Position numbers and translations under genes: made by a program. Positions 56,807-64,000 of a DNA stretch of 64,000 bases are shown in pieces (within the stretch, counting starts at the first letter, position 1; every line of letters starts with the position of its first letter). Origin of the DNA: a virus (Duplodnaviria > Caudoviricetes). The notes below the pieces were generated by a model. The model worked only from the letters and a program-made list of their open reading frames with translations, did not search any database and was not told where the DNA came from. The stretch is from the IMG/VR virus record IMGVR_UViG_3300037631_002929, positions 5,283-69,282 of that record; one strand, written 5' to 3'.

Positions 56807-57318
56807 TGGCAACCATATTTAGAAAAGACTCACCACTTTCGGTATACCGACCAGTGAGTAAGAATTGTTCAAACACACTTCGTGAGTACGCACGCAAATG
56901 TGGTATCACGGATTGTTATGAGCAATTCTATCTTCCGATTAAGTCAACCGAAGGCCCGTGTGACTGGCACCAGTATCGTCCAAATAAAGAAACCTTAAGT
57001 GTCTCTACAACCGGACTGGTACAAACTGAATACGGTATTGGTCTTCAACTAAAAGAATATAAATTTCTCAACGAATGTACCGATGCCTATAGTATGGATG
57101 GTACCGAATTCGATTCTATTATATACCTCACCTCGTCGATTAATGTAGAAGACATTAATATGTCAAAGGTATTTGAGGAAAAGATTATTGTCAGAGGAGA
57201 GGTTCATAGCGAGTCGTTTCCGATACACGAAGAAACCAAAATTGAGGAAGTAATACCTGAAGGAATTGATCCTGAGCTTTGGCAGTTCTTAACGCCAGCT
57301 CAAAAGAGACTCTGGTAA
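56806..57318 (+). CDS. hypothetical protein (possible degenerate 2H-phosphoesterase fold)
   Basis: TAATG-coupled 170 aa ORF. Confidence 0.5.
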   Translation: MATIFRKDSPLSVYRPVSKNCSNTLREYARKCGITDCYEQFYLPIKSTEGPCDWHQYRPNKETLSVSTTGLVQTEYGIGLQLKEYKFLNECTDAYSMDGTEFDSIIYLTSSINVEDINMSKVFEEKIIVRGEVHSESFPIHEETKIEEVIPEGIDPELWQFLTPAQKRLW

Positions 57319-58607
57319 TGAAAAAGATTGATCTATCCGAGGCAAGACGCATTGCGCTTGAGGATGCCAGGGAACGCCAGAAACAGGCAGCACTCCTTGA
57401 GGCTTCTGAAGCACGCAATGAGTTTATTCGTGAACAGGTTCAAGTCCTAAACAAAACGAGCAATACGTACCTCCGTGGCATTGATCCGGTTCAAGGTGAG
57501 ATGCTACCTGAAGGTACTATGTTTTTTGGTAACGACCTCAAGTGGTATCTCGTTGAGTCAGATGGTATAACCGATATTACTCGCGAGGGGCTTCAAGGAC
57601 CGCAAGGTGAACAGGGTCCTCCCGGTCTTATCGGTGAGCAGGGTATCCAAGGCCTACCGGGTGAACCAGGTCTTATAGGTGAACAAGGACCACAGGGCAA
57701 TCCCGGTCCAGAAGGACCTCGTGGCCAACGCGGGCAACGCGGTAAAGCGGGTCTTATTGGTGAGCAGGGTATCCAGGGTGAGACAGGTCCAATTGGTCCG
57801 ATGGGACCTCAAGGACCTGCAGGTCAGGATGGTAAAGACGGTAAGGATGGTGAAACACCGAACGTTGATCCACTCATCGAAAAAATACGCGAAGAGCTCG
57901 AAGCCAAATTACTTAAGGACTATGAGACTCAGCGAGCTAATATAGAAGCGGCACTAAGAAACGTAAGAGCTCCAGGAAGCGGCATGTCTTCGTCCGGTGG
58001 CTCGGTACGTATTATGGACAATGATGATGTTCAGCGTAAACGACTCAGTGACATTGATGACGACTCGCTTCTGGTATTTGATACTGATGCTAAAAAGTAC
58101 CAGACCGAAACGTTTCAAAGTCTACTTGACCGTCATGATATTACCGGCGGTGGTAGTACCGGCGGTGGTAGTACCAGTGTTACTGGTGGTCTTATTCAGA
58201 CATCTGAGTTCTCACTGTCCGGAACAGCGTATGCCGCAAATCCTGTTACAGATCAATTTTCGTACGTATCACACTATGTGGTCAACGATACTACTAATGA
58301 AGTAGTTTCAATACCTCTTACTATTACGAGTACAGGTGTTGACCTTACTTCAAATATTGACCTAACTGGTCACACACTACGTTTGTTATATTCAACCGCG
58401 GCTCCTACTAATACGTTTGCTCTTTCAGGTACAGTGTTGACGGTTAACTTCTCGGTTGAGGGTATTGGTAATTACGTAAATCATTACATAAGCGACGATA
58501 CCACTGGTGATATTGTTGAGATTGGTGCACAGATAAATAGTACTGATCTTGTAATAACTTCAAATATTGACATGACAGGAAAGACCCTGCATGTCATCCA
58601 CTATTAA
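57318..58607 (+). CDS. collagen-repeat virion fibre protein
   Basis: 30 consecutive Gly-X-Y triplets (57588-57857); duplicated C-terminal beta segments. Confidence 0.75.
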   Translation: MKKIDLSEARRIALEDARERQKQAALLEASEARNEFIREQVQVLNKTSNTYLRGIDPVQGEMLPEGTMFFGNDLKWYLVESDGITDITREGLQGPQGEQGPPGLIGEQGIQGLPGEPGLIGEQGPQGNPGPEGPRGQRGQRGKAGLIGEQGIQGETGPIGPMGPQGPAGQDGKDGKDGETPNVDPLIEKIREELEAKLLKDYETQRANIEAALRNVRAPGSGMSSSGGSVRIMDNDDVQRKRLSDIDDDSLLVFDTDAKKYQTETFQSLLDRHDITGGGSTGGGSTSVTGGLIQTSEFSLSGTAYAANPVTDQFSYVSHYVVNDTTNEVVSIPLTITSTGVDLTSNIDLTGHTLRLLYSTAAPTNTFALSGTVLTVNFSVEGIGNYVNHYISDDTTGDIVEIGAQINSTDLVITSNIDMTGKTLHVIHY

Positions 58608-58644
58608 TCTATGTACAGCTTAACAACACCAAGAGGAAAACTAA

Positions 58645-60162
58645 ATGGCTGAAAAACAATTCTATCATGACATAGATCTTGTTAAAGTTGGTCAGCTCGT
58701 CGATGCACGCTTTAAGAACGTCACTAACGCAGAGAGATCTACGCTAGCTGGCAGCCTTGGGACTGGCAACAAGGGCTTGGTCATCTATGACACTGACGAT
58801 TCGGAGATGTATCTCTGGGACGGAAGTTCTTTTAATAGGGTCTCTGCGGACGTAACTGGAGATCTTATCTTCAAAGGCGTCATTAACCCCACTAACGACA
58901 ATACCGCCGCAGTTGAAGCTGTACAAGGTTATCAATATGTGGTGGATACTGCTGGTACGCTGAGTAAAACCGGTGTTACTTTCACACCTAGTGCAGTTGT
59001 TGAAGTCGGAGACATGGTTCTCTTTACTTCAACCACAGAAGCTACGGTTATTCAACGTAACATTGAAGATGCTACGACCTCTAAGAAAGGTCAAGTAGAA
59101 CTGGCGACCACTGCTGAAACCAACGCCGGTTCAGCCACAGCTCTCGCAGTAACACCAGCATCTTTGACCGATGTTCTTACTGACATTTCAACTAACACGT
59201 CAAACATCTCTACCAATGCCGGTAACATCTCAACTAATGCAAGTGATATTACTTCACTTGAGACATTTACAGGTACCGGGACATCACTTGATACAACCGC
59301 AACTGATCTTGCTGCTGGTATCAATGAACTGCATGGTGAGATTGGAACAAACGCGTCGAATATCTCTACCAATGCAGGTAATATCAGTACTAACACGTCA
59401 AATATCTCGACGAATGCTGGTAACATCAGTACTAACACATCAAACATCTCTACCAATGCAAGTGACATTACCGCGCTCGAGACGTTTACGGACGTTGGTA
59501 CAGGTCTTGATACCACAGCTACTTCACTGGCTGATGCGGTTAACGAACTACACGGTGAGATTAACACTAACGCATCAAACATCTCGACAAACACGGGTAA
59601 CATTTCAACTAACGCAAGTGATATCTCGACTGCTCAGTCAAACATCTCGACGAACGCGAGTGACATTACATCACTGGAAACCTTTACCGGTTCTGGTACT
59701 TCACTTAATACGACAGCAACTGATCTTGCGGCTGGTGTTAATGAACTTCACGGTGAGATAAATACCAATACGTCGAATATCTCGACAAACACTGGTAACA
59801 TTTCGACGAACACCGGTAACATTTCAACTAACACATCTGACATTACTTCACTTGAAACGTTTACAGGTACCGGCACTTCACTTGACACGACTGCGACAAC
59901 TCTCGCGGGTGCTGTCAACGAATTGCATAGTCGTACAGAAGCGAAGATCTATACTAACTCCTCATTTAGCGTAACTGCTAATGTTGCTGCTACGATCACG
60001 CACAACCTTGCTCTTACTGACAAGGACTTCTTTACGATCCGCGTATGTGACTCAAGTGGTTCTTCGGTCAGTGTTGATGTTGACTCGGTCAATACCAACT
60101 CACTCACAATCACCTCACTCGTTTCCCTTACGGGTCTCAAGTGCATAATCATGGGTACGTAA
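58645..60162 (+). CDS. fibre protein with heptad ISTNxxN coiled-coil repeats
   Basis: ATTSKKGQVELAT tail-fibre motif; many ISTN(A/T)(S/G)(N/D) heptads; four LETFT...TTAT.LA..VNELH units. Confidence 0.75.
   Translation: MAEKQFYHDIDLVKVGQLVDARFKNVTNAERSTLAGSLGTGNKGLVIYDTDDSEMYLWDGSSFNRVSADVTGDLIFKGVINPTNDNTAAVEAVQGYQYVVDTAGTLSKTGVTFTPSAVVEVGDMVLFTSTTEATVIQRNIEDATTSKKGQVELATTAETNAGSATALAVTPASLTDVLTDISTNTSNISTNAGNISTNASDITSLETFTGTGTSLDTTATDLAAGINELHGEIGTNASNISTNAGNISTNTSNISTNAGNISTNTSNISTNASDITALETFTDVGTGLDTTATSLADAVNELHGEINTNASNISTNTGNISTNASDISTAQSNISTNASDITSLETFTGSGTSLNTTATDLAAGVNELHGEINTNTSNISTNTGNISTNTGNISTNTSDITSLETFTGTGTSLDTTATTLAGAVNELHSRTEAKIYTNSSFSVTANVAATITHNLALTDKDFFTIRVCDSSGSSVSVDVDSVNTNSLTITSLVSLTGLKCIIMGT
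59185..59930 (+). repeat. degenerate 21-nt coding tandem repeats interleaved with four longer repeats
   Basis: Recurring aacatctc(t/g)ac(c/g)aa units; variation mostly synonymous. Confidence 0.7.
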
Positions 60163-60168
60163 TAACAC

Positions 60169-63033
60169 ATGTCATTTGATAGGTTTGCCTCTGGACTCCA
60201 GCTCCCTAATGTGGGATCTGGGGTCAATCCACGAGCTTCTGATAGTTCAGACTTTCTTCGCCTTTACTTTAAGACCGACCAGCTTTATCATACTGATGAG
60301 GCCGGTACTGAAGTACAGCTAACAGGCAATAACCTATTATTGGCAGGTGGTACTCTGTCAGGTGACGTGACTTTCGTTGATAGCGCGAACTTGTACCTCG
60401 GCACTGGCAATGACTTCTCGATGCGATATATCGGCGGAACGATATTTAACGCTATAGCGGGTGATGTATACTTTCAAGATAATGGTACAACCGTTATGCG
60501 TCAGGCGGGTTCCAACATGCGGATGTACGACAGTCGGAACCTTCAGTTCGGAACTGGTGGTGACTGGGCGTTCCAATACAACGGCACCGACGCTTATATG
60601 GATTTGGATTCTGGTGCTTGGCGCTGGCGAGACGGTGCAAATGGCAACGCTGATAGAATCCGATGGACACCAAGTGATGGTCTTGAGTTTCAGGATGGAC
60701 ACCAACTTCAACTTGGAACCAGTAACGACCTGCGAATGTACCATTCAAGCGATACCAACTACTTTGATCTGGTTAACGGGGACCTGAAGGTCCGCGACGT
60801 CAGCGGAACAGCTGAAGACCGGTTTGTGTTCACCCAAGCCGGAAGACTGGGTATCGGTACAGACTCTCCGGATGTTGATCTCCACGTTGCATCCGGCAAT
60901 CCTGTCATTCGACTTGAAGACACGAACGCGGCCAGTGATGCGAAGCAGTGGAACATCTCAGCCGGTGGCACAAACCTACTAAGGTTTCAGGCTCTTACTG
61001 ACTCAGGTACCGGCGGTGGCCACTTGTTTGAGTTTGAGAGAGTAGGAAGCAATATACATCAATTCGCTGGAATGAAGGGCGGCGTCCGTTGGTTTACGAT
61101 CCACAACGACGATCAAAAAGTCGGTATCGGGTCCTCATCACCAGAGACATTGCTTCACGTTCAGGGCCCGGGTCTTGGTGGCACGGCCGGCGATGCTGAA
61201 GACTTGGTGATTATACGGGATCAATCAAATACAACATCGGGTAACGCTGATCGTATCGTCTTTAGCCACGAGCGTCTATCGACTGGTACTAACTGGGAAA
61301 CCGCAGGAATGCGTATCGGTCGGCGTGTCGATTCGAGCGAGATGGGATATATTCAATTTGGCCATAGCAGCGATACGGATGGTGACCTTATTACCTTTGG
61401 TGATGACGCGGCCGAACTAATGCGATTGACCCCACAGGGTAAACTCGGGGTTGGCACAACGACACCGGATGTTGATCTTCATGTCGCAGGTGGATTGCGT
61501 GTCGAAACTAGTTCTGACTTTGATAGCGGCATTGACGCAAACAAAACTGCGTCGATTATGTTACCAGATACTGGCGAAATCGCCTTTGATACTGGCGACT
61601 ATATTCGCACACTTATTTCTAAGGACTCAAGTGGTTATATTAACGTTGGTCAAAACGGAACAGGTATTATTAGCCGGGTTAACCTTCTTCCTGGTACGTC
61701 AGGTGTAGTAATTGTCCAATCAGATAATAACAATGCGCTGGTGATCAATAATAACGGTAGCGGTAATGCGCGGATGCAATATCAGATTGCCGGTTCAAAC
61801 AAGTACAATGTCGGTGTTAATGCGGGCGATAGTAGCTATACAATATACGATGTGGTAAATGCTACTACGCCATTTAAGATTGAGCCAGGTTCCGGAAACA
61901 ACGCTGCGGTCGTGATTAAGGGTGATGGCGATGTTGGCATCGGCACAGACTCTCCGGGATCACCGTTAACCGTCGCTGGGGTGATTGAATCCACCTCGGG
62001 CGGTGTCAAGTTTCCCGACGGCACTACGCAAACAACAGCCGGTAGTGGCGGTACCGTCGCATTTGACGACCTTACCGATAAGACCAGCGGTACGGGAACA
62101 TATGCCACTACAGGGCATTTTACTGCCGGCCTTGGCAGTGGCGGTGTATCAATTACTAATAATGACGGTGGTGGTAATGCGAACGTAACGTTTAACCACA
62201 GGTCGATGACGCCCGAACAGACCGGTAACGCTGGCCGCATTCACGTTAATACAGATCTTACTACTGGCGTATCTATGCAGTTTCAAGTCGGGTCTGGCCT
62301 GACAAGCGGTGTTTCGGCCGGAATAACCACCTATTTCAAGATAGAAGAGAACCTGCTTACGTCAAACGCCGCCTTTAACATGCCAGATACTAAGGTCCTT
62401 CAGTTTGGTACTGGAGCCGACTGGAAGTGGCAGTTTGACAGTACAGACGCTTATATGACTTTGGACTCTGGCACTTGGCGTTGGCGGGATGGCGCAGCCA
62501 GTAACGCTGTAAGAATCCAATGGACGCCAAGCGCTGGCCTTGAGTTTCAGGATGGACACCAACTTCAACTTGGAACCAGTAACGACCTGCGGATGTACCA
62601 TGCAAGTAACATTAACTACTTTGATCTGGTCAACGGTGATCTAAAAATCCGCGACGTTAGTGGTACAGCTACAGACCGTTTCGTGTTCACGCAAGCCGGA
62701 AGACTAGGCATCGGAACTTCTTCGCCCAACAGTACTTTGTCTATCAATGGATCAATTAATGAGAAGGTCTATAACTTAACCGGAACTGCAATTGATCCAG
62801 ACAATGGAACAATCCAATACAAGACACTGACAGGAAATACGACCTTTACTGAAAACCTTGTAGACGGTGAGTATGTCACCCTTATGATTGACGATGGCTC
62901 AGCATACACTGTTACATGGCCAACGATGTATTGGCCAGGTGGAGTAGCCCCTACACTTGCAACATCTGGATACAATGTATTTCAACTATGGAAGGTAGGC
63001 TCCAATCTATATGGGAGTTACGTAAGTGCTTAA
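60169..63033 (+). CDS. long tail fibre-like protein
   Basis: Repeated G(R/K/D)(L/V)GIGT.SP motifs; internal ~107-aa duplication; C-terminal TVTWP...APTL domain. Confidence 0.75.
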   Translation: MSFDRFASGLQLPNVGSGVNPRASDSSDFLRLYFKTDQLYHTDEAGTEVQLTGNNLLLAGGTLSGDVTFVDSANLYLGTGNDFSMRYIGGTIFNAIAGDVYFQDNGTTVMRQAGSNMRMYDSRNLQFGTGGDWAFQYNGTDAYMDLDSGAWRWRDGANGNADRIRWTPSDGLEFQDGHQLQLGTSNDLRMYHSSDTNYFDLVNGDLKVRDVSGTAEDRFVFTQAGRLGIGTDSPDVDLHVASGNPVIRLEDTNAASDAKQWNISAGGTNLLRFQALTDSGTGGGHLFEFERVGSNIHQFAGMKGGVRWFTIHNDDQKVGIGSSSPETLLHVQGPGLGGTAGDAEDLVIIRDQSNTTSGNADRIVFSHERLSTGTNWETAGMRIGRRVDSSEMGYIQFGHSSDTDGDLITFGDDAAELMRLTPQGKLGVGTTTPDVDLHVAGGLRVETSSDFDSGIDANKTASIMLPDTGEIAFDTGDYIRTLISKDSSGYINVGQNGTGIISRVNLLPGTSGVVIVQSDNNNALVINNNGSGNARMQYQIAGSNKYNVGVNAGDSSYTIYDVVNATTPFKIEPGSGNNAAVVIKGDGDVGIGTDSPGSPLTVAGVIESTSGGVKFPDGTTQTTAGSGGTVAFDDLTDKTSGTGTYATTGHFTAGLGSGGVSITNNDGGGNANVTFNHRSMTPEQTGNAGRIHVNTDLTTGVSMQFQVGSGLTSGVSAGITTYFKIEENLLTSNAAFNMPDTKVLQFGTGADWKWQFDSTDAYMTLDSGTWRWRDGAASNAVRIQWTPSAGLEFQDGHQLQLGTSNDLRMYHASNINYFDLVNGDLKIRDVSGTATDRFVFTQAGRLGIGTSSPNSTLSINGSINEKVYNLTGTAIDPDNGTIQYKTLTGNTTFTENLVDGEYVTLMIDDGSAYTVTWPTMYWPGGVAPTLATSGYNVFQLWKVGSNLYGSYVSA
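60541..62718 (+). repeat. direct repeat pair of ~320 bp (60541-60861 and 62398-62718)
   Basis: Shared exact core cttgagtttcaggatggacaccaacttcaacttggaaccagtaacgacctgcg; offset 1857 nt, in frame. Confidence 0.85.
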
Positions 63034-64000
63034 TCAACATATACAAACGCTTCTCCGCCAAAATTTTGTTATCCCTAACGACTACGAAGCTAACTACGGT
63101 ACGCCAGATTATACTATAACTAGCTTCCCTTCCACAGGGACAGGCGTTGATAATTCGGTTGATGTGCTTATTGCTATAGATGCTAACATTTCCAGCACAG
63201 ATACAGGTATCATATTAGATCTCGGTGGTGATGCTGTTGGGCTTGCAGTAGGGGTAGATTCCGGAACATTACGAGTTAGAGCATATCAAGGATATCCAGC
63301 TTTTCCAGGTGACTCTAATGGTGCTGGTGTTGAGGCTAACATTTCTTCCTACACTGGTTCTGACGCTACGTATTATTTTACAGTCGATCACTCTGCTCGA
63401 ACCCTAACAGCTTATGTTCAACCAGGCGGCCAAGGGTCCAGTAATTCACTTGTCAATTTAGGCTCAGACACCGCGACCACCGTATCTACCTTTGGTGATT
63501 ATTCATACAGATCAAATTCGAAGGGTTATGGGCAAGTATCCTCTACTGTCGCGGCCTTAGGGTATACTACTAGTTTTAGTGGAACGATTGATGAAATTAG
63601 ATACTGGGCAGAATCAACATCTCTTGATATATCTTCGTTTGGCTCTTCGGGTCCGACCCAAGCAGCGGGGTTTGCAATAGGCATTGCTGTTACTTCACCG
63701 AGTTTCGTTGGGTCGGTGTCTGGTGGTGCCGTAAGTACCGTTAGTCTTTCCAGTATTACAGGACTAACTCAAGATGATGTAGTACTAGTCTTATCTACAG
63801 ACGACAATGATGGCCATAGTATTAGTTCATCTGGTTGGACTTATCTCGGGACCGTTGGTAGTGGTGGTGTCGTCGATAGGCATTATGCAAAAACAATGGG
63901 TGCTACACCAGATACTGGTGTTTCTTTGAACAGGGTCGTTGACTCTCTCTCTGCTTGTGCTTTTCGTGGTGTAGAATATGAAAGTGCGTCCTCTGGGACA
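63026..64000 (+). CDS. virion protein with possible LamG/concanavalin-like domain, truncated by the window end (not in ORF track)
   Basis: GTG overlaps the upstream stop; the frame appears to stay open to the window end; FSGTIDEIRYW motif. Confidence 0.55.
   Translation, partial: MLNQHIQTLLRQNFVIPNDYEANYGTPDYTITSFPSTGTGVDNSVDVLIAIDANISSTDTGIILDLGGDAVGLAVGVDSGTLRVRAYQGYPAFPGDSNGAGVEANISSYTGSDATYYFTVDHSARTLTAYVQPGGQGSSNSLVNLGSDTATTVSTFGDYSYRSNSKGYGQVSSTVAALGYTTSFSGTIDEIRYWAESTSLDISSFGSSGPTQAAGFAIGIAVTSPSFVGSVSGGAVSTVSLSSITGLTQDDVVLVLSTDDNDGHSISSSGWTYLGTVGSGGVVDRHYAKTMGATPDTGVSLNRVVDSLSACAFRGVEYESASSGT

Noticed and set aside
59185-59930. Periodic repeats as a CRISPR array
   Set aside because: They are degenerate in-frame coding repeats with no constant repeat and unique spacer structure.
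60541-62718. Tail-fibre repeat pair as a diversity-generating retroelement TR/VR
   Set aside because: Differences are not adenine-specific and many are synonymous; both copies are in one ORF; no reverse transcriptase in the window.
1-64000. tRNA or rRNA genes
   Set aside because: No cloverleaf or T-loop signature noticed in the intergenic regions; a tRNAscan-SE run would be needed to be certain.

Overview
64 kb of a large T4-like myophage genome, with all supported genes on the + strand and cyanophage/alphaproteobacterial-phage-like gene order. In order: end of a baseplate/fibre region; neck, tail and head module (gp13-15, gp16-23, gp3); uvsY, uvsW, gp55, gp47/46, gp45/44/62, regA and gp43; a nucleotide/DNA-modification block; uvsX, gp41 and thyX; an accessory region (two glycosyltransferase-like genes, candidate head-internal proteins, holin/spanin cassette); nrdA, nrdB and glutaredoxin; collagen and fibre genes running off the end. 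Regulation is visible as many T4 late promoters (TATAAATA) and 12 copies of a TGTACA-N17-TANNNT early-type promoter. The most notable element is 32.3-37.3 kb. A T4 gp42-like dCMP hydroxymethylase sits there with no recognisable intact glucosyltransferase. Its neighbours are an SGNH-like protein with a beta-glucosyltransferase-like N-terminus, a fold-type II PLP enzyme, a Cys-His-Asp transglutaminase-like protein and an aGPT-Pplase/amino-acid:DNA-transferase-like protein. This suggests a non-sugar hypermodification of cytosine. All family assignments come from motif recognition by eye, not database searches.
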